From assembly GCA_039804225.1 (NCBI GenBank), contig JBDLWN010000005.1:1-43202 (forward strand): a stretch of DNA of 43,202 nt, in the 5' to 3' direction. The position numbers and the translations under genes are program-made. This DNA is from Chloroflexota bacterium (GTDB lineage: Bacteria > Chloroflexota > Limnocylindria > Limnocylindrales > Limnocylindraceae). Shown here in pieces: positions 1 through 8,352 of the stretch. Below the pieces are notes generated by a model. The model did no database searches and was not told the DNA's origin. It was given only the letters and a program-made list of their open reading frames with translations. Each line of letters starts with the position of its first letter. Within the stretch, counting starts at the first letter, position 1.

Positions 1-3000
1 GGCAGCACGGACCCCGGGGCACTTGTGAAACTCCCCGCAATCCTCGCCGACGGCCTACTCGTGCTCGCAACGGCGCGACTCGCCGCCGATCTCGGCGCGC
101 CGCGCCGCGGCCAACTTCTCGCCGCCATCGCAATGGCCGCTGGCCCAATGATCTGGCTCGACTCGGCGGTGTGGGGGCAGGTTGACTCCGTCGGCACGAC
201 AGCCCTCCTCTTCTCCCTCTCGGCGCTCATCCGCGGCAACACCGTGCGCGGGGCGATCCTCGCCGCGCTCGCGGCGGTGCTCAAGCCACAGTTCGGCATC
301 TTGATCCCCATCGTCGGCATGCTCGCCTTTGTTCGTGCGCGCTCGGCACGCGACCCTTGGGCCTTTGTTGTGGCGGGTCTCGCCGGTGCCGCCACCATCG
401 CACTCGCAGCGCTGCCGTTCGGGCTAACGCTGCCAGACGTGCTCACCAAAGTTGCCGAAGCAGCTGGCGGCTACCCGTACCTTTCGGTAAACGCTTGGAA
501 CCCATGGGCGCTCATCGAAGTAGGTGGACGCGCGGTCATTGATGCAACCGGATGGGCCTCAGACATCGACCCACTTCCGCTGATCGGCATCCCCGGCGTT
601 GCGATTGGCAGCGCAGGGATCGCCACCGCCGTACTTGTTGCAATGCGCTACGTACAACGCGACACGGCGATCCGCACCGTCACCGCCGTCGCCATCCTCG
701 CCATCGCCTTCTTTGTTCTGCCGACACGCGTGCACGAGCGATACCTCTTTCCGGCGATCCCACTAACAATCGCACTCGCTGCAGCGCGGCCAGCATGGCG
801 CTGGATTGCAGTCGCAACCTCAGTCGCATTCTTTGCGAATAGCTGGGGCGTGCTAACCCTTTCATATTTCCAAAACCCTGGGTTACCAAACCTTGGCGCC
901 ATTACCGAGGCACTACACACGCCAATCGCCATCACGGCCACTGCGATCGCAATCACCGCAGCCCTCGCTGGAGCGATCTGGCTCGCATGGAGTTCCGAGA
1001 AAACGGCGACAGGTCGTCGGCCTACACGAACACTACGAAAGCGTGTTGACGCGGTATCAAAACACGCCGCAATCGCAAAGCCTGAACCTCGCCGACCCCT
1101 AACGCGAATTGATGTATGGCTTCTCGTTCTTGTCGCGGTGAGCGCACTCTCACTGAGAGGCTGGCGCGTCGGGGAACCGACACACTTCCAGTTTGATGAG
1201 GTTTACCACGTACGAACCGCTACAGAGTTCATGCAAGACTGGAAGTACGGTGAGCCCCATGCGATTTACGAGTACACGCACCCACACCTTGCGAAGTACC
1301 TCATCGCACTCGGCCTTGAATCGTTTGGCGCCCCGCGTGTGAATGGGCGCACAACCTACGCAACAACGATTAGCGCCATTGCTGCACGACCAGAAGATGC
1401 GTTAAGTCCAGGAAGGCTGTGGATTGCAGGACCTGATGAGATCAGCGTGATTGATGCATCGACACGCTCCGTCGTTGGCTCACTTCCGCAACGCGGCGCG
1501 ACGCACCTTATTGCGGCCAGCGACGGCGCTCTCTGGGGCACAACTGCGAACGGCACACTGTTTTCGGTAGACCGCGCCACCGCAGATCAAGGTGGCAACA
1601 GTGGCGTGCGGTCATGGTCAACCACCGGCGGTGAGGCTCTCGGCATCGCACCCCTCACCGATGGCGGCGTCGCGCTTGTACAGCGCGACCAGGTGCTCAT
1701 CATGCGCGACGGGGAGGTTGTGACAAGCGCCCCGCTGGTGCGCGGGGCGTCGGTGCTTGCACTCACCGTTAACGGTGAAGAGAGAATCTTTGTGACGAGC
1801 GCGAGCGGCCTAACAAGTTATGCGGCAGCTGATCTGTTGAACACACGATCGTCACCGATTGAAGGAGGGGCGGTCGGTGCTGCGTCTGTCGACTGGTTTG
1901 ATGGGCCGCGACTCTACGTAGCTGGTCGTGATGGTGTGCGGGTGTACAACGCAAAAAACGAGAGCACGACACTGCTGGCGCAGGTCGCCATTCCAGGGGT
2001 CACAGCGATCGTGCCGAACAGTGCAAGCCGCATGGTGCACGTGGTGGCACCTGGGCCCGACGGCACTGGGGCATCACTGTGGACGATTGAACCGAACGGC
2101 AATGCTCGGTTTGCCGATGTCGACGTTGGTGGCGATGCCCTCACACTCGGCGCGAGCGGCGTTGCCCTCGACGCATCTGCAGAGCGCGCCGACGGCGGCA
2201 ATGAAGAGTTGCTCATTGCGGCGCCGTCTGGCGCGATGACGCAGGTGAGCGTGGGCGAGCTCGCCGCCGGCTGGCGCTGGCCTGGGGTGATCGCCGGCGC
2301 ACTCGCAGCAGCACTCTTGGTGCTCCTGGCCCGACTCCTGACCGAGCGACGAGACGTCGCCGCCCTGGTTGGCGTTCTCGCCCTCCTCGACGGGGCGGGA
2401 TTCGTGCAGAGCCGCATCGGCATGAATGACGTTTACCTCCTCGCCCTTCTGCTCGGGGGAGCGGTCGCCTTTGTGGCGTGGCTACAAGGTCGTGCTCGCA
2501 GCGCACTCTCTGGCGGACTCCTCCTCGTCGTGGCCGGCCTCCTCCTTGGCGGAGCGCTCGCAAGCAAGTGGGTCGCCCTGTACGGCATCTTCGGTCTCGG
2601 CATCATGTGGCTTGCGCGGACGGCGCCTGGGCGACTACTGGTCGCTGGCGGCCTCGCCCTACTGGGCGCCGCACTTCTACCGCCAGCACTCGCAGTGGCC
2701 GACGGTTCCACCCGCATTCCAAACCTGCCATTCGCCGCCGTGCTGATGCTGCTCCTTTTCGCGACAGGCGCGGCGATCTATCGCGCGGGCGGCATTTCGC
2801 GGCGCGACGCAACCCCGCGCTCGCTGCTCGGACTCCTTTCGCTACCGGGAGAGGCAGCGCTCGTCTTCTTCACGCTCGCCGCACTTCCTCTTGGCGTGTA
2901 CATCGCGAGCTACCTGCCGTGGGCAGCGCTTGGCAATCAGTTGATTACAGGCTGGCCGCTCGGGAACACGGGCCAGACACTTACCGACCTTACGGCGTCG

Positions 3001-3906
3001 ATGTACCGCTATCACGACACGCTGCGCGTCGCACATGCAGCATCGTCCCCATGGTGGGCGTGGCCATTTGACCTAAAGCCCGTGTGGTTCTTCCAATCAA
3101 GTTTTACCGCTGGCGGCAGCGCGTGGACCGCTGCGGTGTACGACGGCGGCAATGTGCTCTCGCGCATCCTCAGCATCGGCGGCGCGCTCTGGCTCGCAGT
3201 AGAGGCGTGGCGTCGACGTAGCTGGGGCCTTGCATCGGTGCTTGTTCTTGGACTCTCGCTCTGGCTACCGTGGGCGCGCATCGATCGCGCCGCATTTCAG
3301 TATCACTACTACCCAACCTCACAGATCGCCCTAATCGGACTCGCGTTGCTTCTCGCAGATCTCCGCGCCGGATCACAGCGCGCAGCGCAGATTGTGCGCA
3401 TCGGTGGCGCATGCGCAGTGCTCGCTGCACCTGTGCTCTGGATGACCACCGGTGCACTCTGCGCACTTGCAGGCGTGAGCAGCGTCTACCCCGAAAGCCA
3501 AGTCTGCCTATCAGGCGGGTTCGGCACACCAGGCCCACTCGTTGGCGCGATCGCACTCGTTCCAGCAACCGTAGCCGCATGGTCAATTCTCGGGGCGACA
3601 GATCTGCGACGCATGTTCGCGATCACGGTCGGCAGCATCGCCGCAGTGGCACTTGTCTGGTATCCGAACTGGGCAGCGTTGCCGCTTCCGGCTGGCCTAC
3701 ACAACTGGTATCAGGGAGTGCTCCCAACATGGACTTGGCCGTTCCAGTTTGGCGTCACGCTTGAAAGCCCCGCGGAAACCGCGCTTGTCAGTAGCGCGAC
3801 ACTCGTTGTTGGCGTGCTACTCCTCTGTACCACCGCTGCTGGCGCGTATGGTGCGAGCAGATTCAGCGCCGCCGCCCGTCGAAAGCTCGACGAGGATCGC
3901 GCGTAG
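1..3906 (+). CDS. Giant polytopic membrane glycosyltransferase. Two GT-C modules are fused: an N-terminal Gpi18/PMT_2-like module cut by the window edge, and a C-terminal GT39/PMT-like module. A soluble, beta-propeller-like insert of about 320 aa lies within the second module.
   Basis: ORF 25..3906 stays open back to nt 1 in the same frame, so it is probably 5'-partial. aa ~1-330 are multi-TM and carry NAWNPW and VHERYLFP motifs typical of GT-C mannosyl/glucosyltransferases. FDEVYH...YEYTHPHLAKYLIALG (nt ~1190-1320) is the loop-1 DE + HPxLxK signature of protein O-mannosyltransferases. HAASSPWWAWPFDLKPVWFF (nt ~3030-3090) resembles the PMT C-terminal 4-TM signature. aa ~440-760 are hydrophilic and rich in short beta-strand-like repeats. 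Confidence 0.8.
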   Translation, partial: GSTDPGALVKLPAILADGLLVLATARLAADLGAPRRGQLLAAIAMAAGPMIWLDSAVWGQVDSVGTTALLFSLSALIRGNTVRGAILAALAAVLKPQFGILIPIVGMLAFVRARSARDPWAFVVAGLAGAATIALAALPFGLTLPDVLTKVAEAAGGYPYLSVNAWNPWALIEVGGRAVIDATGWASDIDPLPLIGIPGVAIGSAGIATAVLVAMRYVQRDTAIRTVTAVAILAIAFFVLPTRVHERYLFPAIPLTIALAAARPAWRWIAVATSVAFFANSWGVLTLSYFQNPGLPNLGAITEALHTPIAITATAIAITAALAGAIWLAWSSEKTATGRRPTRTLRKRVDAVSKHAAIAKPEPRRPLTRIDVWLLVLVAVSALSLRGWRVGEPTHFQFDEVYHVRTATEFMQDWKYGEPHAIYEYTHPHLAKYLIALGLESFGAPRVNGRTTYATTISAIAARPEDALSPGRLWIAGPDEISVIDASTRSVVGSLPQRGATHLIAASDGALWGTTANGTLFSVDRATADQGGNSGVRSWSTTGGEALGIAPLTDGGVALVQRDQVLIMRDGEVVTSAPLVRGASVLALTVNGEERIFVTSASGLTSYAAADLLNTRSSPIEGGAVGAASVDWFDGPRLYVAGRDGVRVYNAKNESTTLLAQVAIPGVTAIVPNSASRMVHVVAPGPDGTGASLWTIEPNGNARFADVDVGGDALTLGASGVALDASAERADGGNEELLIAAPSGAMTQVSVGELAAGWRWPGVIAGALAAALLVLLARLLTERRDVAALVGVLALLDGAGFVQSRIGMNDVYLLALLLGGAVAFVAWLQGRARSALSGGLLLVVAGLLLGGALASKWVALYGIFGLGIMWLARTAPGRLLVAGGLALLGAALLPPALAVADGSTRIPNLPFAAVLMLLLFATGAAIYRAGGISRRDATPRSLLGLLSLPGEAALVFFTLAALPLGVYIASYLPWAALGNQLITGWPLGNTGQTLTDLTASMYRYHDTLRVAHAASSPWWAWPFDLKPVWFFQSSFTAGGSAWTAAVYDGGNVLSRILSIGGALWLAVEAWRRRSWGLASVLVLGLSLWLPWARIDRAAFQYHYYPTSQIALIGLALLLADLRAGSQRAAQIVRIGGACAVLAAPVLWMTTGALCALAGVSSVYPESQVCLSGGFGTPGPLVGAIALVPATVAAWSILGATDLRRMFAITVGSIAAVALVWYPNWAALPLPAGLHNWYQGVLPTWTWPFQFGVTLESPAETALVSSATLVVGVLLLCTTAAGAYGASRFSAAARRKLDEDRA

Positions 3907-4197
3907 CGGCAACTCCCGCGCAGCAACGCTATACGGAACCAGCCGCTCAAGGTGTAGTGACTCACCTGCGGCAAGTTGCAGCTGGGCATCGTGGGCAACA
4001 ACCCAACCGCCCCCCTCAATAACCACAAGGACAACATCGCCAGCACTGCGCAGTGGCCCATACGTGCCGCCCGGAGCAACCGTGAACTCGGTGATCTGTG
4101 CAATGTCATTTGAGAAGATGGCACTACTGAGAACGCCCGTTGAGCCCGCCGCTCGATCGGCGCGTCGATGACCAGGACCGAACGGGCGAATGTTCAT
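3817..4197 (-). CDS. Small cupin-fold protein
   Basis: ORF 3817..4224(-). The block FTVAPGGTYGPLRSAGDVVLVVIEGGGWVVAHDAQLQLAAGESLHLERLVPYSV has the two-motif cupin barrel layout, but no His metal ligands are evident. I prefer the ATG at 4197 (MNIRPFG...) over the GTG at 4224. The 3' end overlaps the convergent GT-C gene by 90 nt. Confidence 0.55.
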   Translation of the reverse strand: MNIRPFGPGHRRADRAAGSTGVLSSAIFSNDIAQITEFTVAPGGTYGPLRSAGDVVLVVIEGGGWVVAHDAQLQLAAGESLHLERLVPYSVAARELPLRAILVELSTGGGAESARTIRASSGGTEE

Positions 4198-4233
4198 GCT
4201 CTTTTGGAGTGCGCTACAGCGCACATCAAAGAA

Positions 4234-4647
4234 CTACCCGCGACGATTCGCTGGGCGAATGGTTGCCTCGACGCCGTCCGCAACCTGGCGGCGCGTGCGC
4301 AAGAGTTCAGCATGCGCGGCCTCAGCGGCAAGAAGTGGCGGGAAGCGCTTCGTGACGGTGTGGCGCAGTGCAAGAAGTCCAACCAGCGTAGTGGCGATCG
4401 GGAAGAGGCCGTACCACTGGAACGCGGCGTAGACCAAGTTCATTCCAAAGGTGCCGAGGCTGATCCACAGGATGTACTCCCACTCGTCGCCGATTACTCC
4501 CCGCCCGCGGTTGCCGCGAGTCGCGAATGCGTAGACCAAGATCGTTGCAAGGAAGAGCACCAAATTGGCCATCCAGAACGGCGTGTAGAACGTACCAAGA
4601 TCGGCATTCAGTACGGTGAAGAGGTACTCCCACGGCCAACGAAACAT
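4234..4647 (-). CDS. Small integral membrane protein (3-4 TM), function unknown
   Basis: This is the C-terminal 137 codons of ORF 4234..5088(-), starting at the ATG at 4645-4647 (MFRWPWEYLF...). It has hydrophobic helices (MANLVLFLATILVYAF, ILWISLGTFGMNLVYAAF, LFPIATTLVGLLAL). The upstream part of the ORF is Ala/Arg/Ser-rich antisense shadow of the PurH-like gene. Confidence 0.55.
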   Translation of the reverse strand: MFRWPWEYLFTVLNADLGTFYTPFWMANLVLFLATILVYAFATRGNRGRGVIGDEWEYILWISLGTFGMNLVYAAFQWYGLFPIATTLVGLLALRHTVTKRFPPLLAAEAAHAELLRTRRQVADGVEATIRPANRRG

Positions 4648-4729
4648 CTTGTCCTCACTCGCTAGGTTTCGGCTCACCCAGCACAACAGCGTGCGGGTTT
4701 GTGTGAGCGAGTATGCCACCATCAGCAGC

Positions 4730-6112
4730 ATGCGCGTCCTCCTGCTGATCTCTCCCGAGAGCCCCGCCCTCGCAGGGCTAACACCGATTCTTGCCACCCT
4801 GATCGCCCGCGGCGCCACGATCGAAGCGGGCTCCGCCACCCCACATCTACGGGCGGAAGAGATCCAGGTCACCGAGCACGCCGACGAAGCGGGGCTGGAA
4901 CAGGCGGCGGCAAGCCTTACCAGCGCAGACCTCCTCATTGCCCCCGGTGGAGCCACGGCGCCACCCGTTGCAATCGTCGCCATCACACGAGCACTTCTTG
5001 CAGCTGAGAACGGACCACTCATCGTCGTGGACCCAACCGCGATCGGTGACCTCCTCTCCGACCTGGGAACCACACGAAACCTCGCCACAATTCGGAGCGA
5101 GCTTCAGCGAGCCGCAGCACTCGCCATTGCGGCCCATGTAGCGCCGCTCGTGCGCGACAGCGAAAGTGCGATGCCAGCTCGCGACGTGATCGTGCTTGAA
5201 CGCATTCGAACGTTCGGACACGGTGAGAATCAACATCAGGCCGCCGCAGCGTATAGACGTGTACACGCGAAAGAGGCCGGAATCATGGGCGCACGCGTGC
5301 TACAGGGGCACGAGCCGAGCCTCAACGACCTACTCGACTTAGATGCAGGCGCGCGACTGGTCGCAGATCTACCAACACCGAGCGTTGCGCTCATACGCCA
5401 CACAGATCCAATTGGTGTTGCAACCGCCGAGACTACGCTGGGTGCACTCACGCGTGCAATTGAAACAGATGCAGCGGCGAGCTCTGGCTCAACGATCGTG
5501 CTCAACGTGCCAATCGATCGCGCTGTTGCCGCAGTGATCGCATCAGGAACATTTGAATCTGTGTTCGCGCCTGGGCTCGCCGACGATGGTGCCGCGGAGG
5601 CGCTACGCACGCGACCTGAGTTGAGCGTGGTGATTGGCCCCCCACATCGCGACATAGAGCTCGACATGATCGGCGTAAGCGGCGCAGTGCTCTTGCAAAC
5701 TGCTGATACAGGCAACATTGAGCGCGCGCAGCTTCGTGTGGTCACCGAACGACGACCAACGCTTGATGAGCTCACCGACCTGCTCTTCTCATGGCGCATC
5801 GTTCGCCACATTCGATCAAACGCCATCGTGGTCGCGCGCGGTGCCGCTACGCTCGGCATCGGCGCCGCGCAAGTGAATCGCCGCGTTGCCGTTGACATTG
5901 CGCTGAATCAGGCGGGAGAGCGCGCACGAGGCGCAGTAATGGCGAGTGACGCGTACTTCCCATTTGCAGAAGGGATCGCTGCAGCGGCAGCCGCGGGGGT
6001 CACGGCAATTGTTCAGCCAGGTGGTTCACGCCGTGACTCAGCAGCAATCGAGATCGCTGATCGTCACGGTATTGCGATGGTCTTTACCGGACGCCGACAC
6101 TACCGCCGGTAG
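4730..6112 (+). CDS. purH: Divergent PurH-like protein: a recognisable AICAR formyltransferase domain with a strongly degenerate N-terminal MGS/IMP-cyclohydrolase-like domain
   Basis: The C-terminus ASDAYFPFAEGIAAAAAAGVTAIVQPGGSRRDSAAIEIADRHGIAMVFTGRRHYRR matches the PurH C-terminal signature. GENQHQAAAAY and VALIRHTDPIGVA match the AICARFT core (GENPHQ, VKHxNPCGVA). I chose the ATG at 4730 (MRVLLLIS...); the ORF-track start at 4616 would overlap the divergent membrane gene. Confidence 0.65.
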   Translation: MRVLLLISPESPALAGLTPILATLIARGATIEAGSATPHLRAEEIQVTEHADEAGLEQAAASLTSADLLIAPGGATAPPVAIVAITRALLAAENGPLIVVDPTAIGDLLSDLGTTRNLATIRSELQRAAALAIAAHVAPLVRDSESAMPARDVIVLERIRTFGHGENQHQAAAAYRRVHAKEAGIMGARVLQGHEPSLNDLLDLDAGARLVADLPTPSVALIRHTDPIGVATAETTLGALTRAIETDAAASSGSTIVLNVPIDRAVAAVIASGTFESVFAPGLADDGAAEALRTRPELSVVIGPPHRDIELDMIGVSGAVLLQTADTGNIERAQLRVVTERRPTLDELTDLLFSWRIVRHIRSNAIVVARGAATLGIGAAQVNRRVAVDIALNQAGERARGAVMASDAYFPFAEGIAAAAAAGVTAIVQPGGSRRDSAAIEIADRHGIAMVFTGRRHYRR

Positions 6113-6116
6113 CGCG

Positions 6117-6707
6117 TTACACCCAGCGCAGCGCCGCCTGATCCCACGCGCCGACACAGAGCGCCGCAGCGTCACCCTCAACGTGGCGTTGCGTATCACG
6201 GAGCTCGCGGGCAGTGCCCTGCCACCCTGGAGCTTTTAGCGTGGGAGAGATGTCGGCAAGTGGTGCCAGAACAAAGAGGCGCGAAGCTGCTGCGGGATGT
6301 GGAACAACGAGAGGCCGATCTACATCAGCGCCATCTGGCTCAGTGCCGCGTGGTCGCGGATGTACAACCGCAATATTTTCCATCGCAATGATGTCAATAT
6401 CGAGCCGGCGTGGACCGAAGCGCACGGTCGGCACACGTCCGAAGAGCTGCTCAAGCTCTTTGACACGCGTGAGCACTTCAATGGCTGCCGCGGCCGGCTC
6501 TTCGGGAAGTGTCGCGCGCACTTGAAGTGCTGCGTTGAAAAACTCTGGCTGGTCAACGAGTCCGACTGGCGTGGTGCGATAGAGCGGCGAGACCCGCTCC
6601 ATCTTCCAGCCAGGAATGTGCGCGAGTGCGATCACCGCTTCGGCCAGCGTGGCGACAGGGTCGTCGAGATTGGCCCCGATTCCTAGGTGTACAACGAGCT
6701 GGCGCAT
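6117..6707 (-). CDS. folK: 2-amino-4-hydroxy-6-hydroxymethyldihydropterin pyrophosphokinase (HPPK)
   Basis: The layout LGIGANLDDP...SPLYRTTPVGLVDQPEFFNAALQV...FGPRRLDIDIIAM...LVVPHPAAASRLFVLAPLADISP is the canonical HPPK motif series (SxxYxTxPVG, QPxFxN, GPRxLDLDI, xPHPxxxxRxFVLxPL). Confidence 0.85.
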   Translation of the reverse strand: MRQLVVHLGIGANLDDPVATLAEAVIALAHIPGWKMERVSPLYRTTPVGLVDQPEFFNAALQVRATLPEEPAAAAIEVLTRVKELEQLFGRVPTVRFGPRRLDIDIIAMENIAVVHPRPRGTEPDGADVDRPLVVPHPAAASRLFVLAPLADISPTLKAPGWQGTARELRDTQRHVEGDAAALCVGAWDQAALRWV

Positions 6708-6741
6708 GTGCCCGACGGTAGCGCCGCGTAGGATCTACTGC

Positions 6742-7923
6742 ATGGAAGAGATAGAGCGTCTCATTCGCGACGAGGCCCAGCGCGAGGGTTCGATCAGCTT
6801 CGCGCGATTCATGGAGCGCGCCCTGCTCGAACCTGGGCTTGGCTACTACGCCACAGCGCAGCGTCGGGCGGGTCGCACCGGCGATTTCATGACCGCACCG
6901 GAGCTGCACCCCATCCTTGGCGCCGCCATCGCGCAACTGGCGGCTGCAACGTGGGAGCGCCTCGGTCGCCCCGCCACCTTCCGCTGGCGCGAGTACGGCG
7001 CCGGCGAGGGAACTCTCCTCCTAGCGGCACTCGACTATCTCGCTCGCGAGGGGCACCCCCTTCGCGGAGTGCTGGAGGTTTCGGTAAGTGAGGCAAACCC
7101 GCACCGCCTCGCCGATCTAACCGCGGCACTGGCAGCATTCCCGGGAGGAGGGCCACTCCTTGTCACGGCGGGGAGCCCACCCGTCGCCGGGATCGTGGTC
7201 GCCAATGAGTTCGCCGACGCCCTCCCCTTCCACATCGTGGTCGGTCGCGCCGCTGCCCCCGGGGGCTTCGCCGAGCGCCGTGTGGGGGTTGATGCTGTAA
7301 CAAATGCGCTCACCTGGGTCGAGGGGACACCCGACCCGGAGGTCGCCGCTCGGCTCACCTCCCTCATGGCCGGCTGGCCACCCCTGGCGGAGGGGCAGCT
7401 CGCCGAGATCTCGCCAGCCACCGCCGAGTGGGCCCACGGACTCGGAGGCGAACTCACCGAAGGGGTCGTCGTTGTGCTTGATTACGGTCGTGACGGGGTC
7501 GCCCTGCGTGACCCTGTCAGCCGCATGGCCGGAACTGCCCTCGCCTACCAGGGGCACCGAGCCACCGCCGATCTCCTTGGCGAGCCTGGGAGCCGCGACC
7601 TGACCGCCCATGTGGACCTCACCCTGCTACGGACGGCGGCGACAGCGGGTGGACTTCGTCACGTGGCGAGCACGAATCAGGCCAAGTTTCTTGCTACTGC
7701 GGGTGTTGATGGCGAGATTGCCCGAACGCGCACGGGACCGACGGCAACCCTCGAAGGGGCGATCGCCCTGCGCTCCGCACTTGCCCAACTGATGGACCCG
7801 CGCCGCATGGGCGGATTCGCCATCGAGGTGTTTGTGGCGGGGAGTTCTCCAGGGGCACATGCGCTCGCCGACCCTGTATCGCCGCTGCCTGGAACGGCGG
7901 CTCCGAATCGCCCCCTCGTCTAG
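6742..7923 (+). CDS. Class I SAM-dependent methyltransferase of the MidA/NDUFAF7 (DUF185) family
   Basis: ISFARFMERALLEPGLGYYA...GDFMTAPELHPILGAAIA...EYGAGEGTLLLAAL and ...DLTAHVDLTLL... match the MidA/NDUFAF7 family layout (YY..., GDFxTAPE, E.GxGxGxL, DxTAHVDF). ATG at 6742, divergent from folK with a 34-nt spacer. It ends 72 nt upstream of nuoA. Confidence 0.8.
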   Translation: MEEIERLIRDEAQREGSISFARFMERALLEPGLGYYATAQRRAGRTGDFMTAPELHPILGAAIAQLAAATWERLGRPATFRWREYGAGEGTLLLAALDYLAREGHPLRGVLEVSVSEANPHRLADLTAALAAFPGGGPLLVTAGSPPVAGIVVANEFADALPFHIVVGRAAAPGGFAERRVGVDAVTNALTWVEGTPDPEVAARLTSLMAGWPPLAEGQLAEISPATAEWAHGLGGELTEGVVVVLDYGRDGVALRDPVSRMAGTALAYQGHRATADLLGEPGSRDLTAHVDLTLLRTAATAGGLRHVASTNQAKFLATAGVDGEIARTRTGPTATLEGAIALRSALAQLMDPRRMGGFAIEVFVAGSSPGAHALADPVSPLPGTAAPNRPLV

Positions 7924-7995
7924 AATCTGAGCGTAATCACTCGAGCCCCCGCTACGGGGTACGCGCCGGGTTGATGGATCGAACGGGGGAGTTTC

Positions 7996-8352
7996 ATGAC
8001 CGGACTCTGGTATGTCCTCGGTTTCGCAGTCGCAGGCGCCTCCTTTGTTTTCCTTACCATCGGCCTCGCCTGGCTCATCTCCCATCGCACGCGCGGCAGC
8101 CGCGGCAAGCAGGTTCCCTACGAGTCGGGCATCGACACGTACGGCGACACCCACGGACGCTTCGGCCTCTCCTTCTATCTCTACGCGCTCCTCTTCGTCG
8201 CCTTCGACGTTGAGATCGTCTTCATCTACATCTGGGCACTGAACTTCAAGGTGCTCTTGTTCGACGGGCTCATCTCCATGGCGATCTTCATCGGCGTACT
8301 GCTCGTCGGACTCGCCTACGCATGGCGTAAGGGGGTCTTGGCATGGCGGTAA
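7996..8352 (+). CDS. nuoA: NADH-quinone oxidoreductase subunit A
   Basis: 118 aa, 3 [42 protein letters not shown] is the NuoA signature (YECG...F.V.FY..A..F..FDVE..F..PW). A GGGGGAG Shine-Dalgarno lies just upstream. Confidence 0.93.
   Translation: MTGLWYVLGFAVAGASFVFLTIGLAWLISHRTRGSRGKQVPYESGIDTYGDTHGRFGLSFYLYALLFVAFDVEIVFIYIWALNFKVLLFDGLISMAIFIGVLLVGLAYAWRKGVLAWR

Noticed and set aside
4648-4729. A ZTP (pfl) or other purine/folate riboswitch upstream of the PurH-like gene
   Set aside because: The 82-nt divergent spacer has only a 7-bp ACTCGCT/AGCGAGT pairing and a small internal hairpin. I could not find the conserved ZTP core (GGGUCGUG...CCGGGCGGA...CCGCCUGGGCA-type elements).
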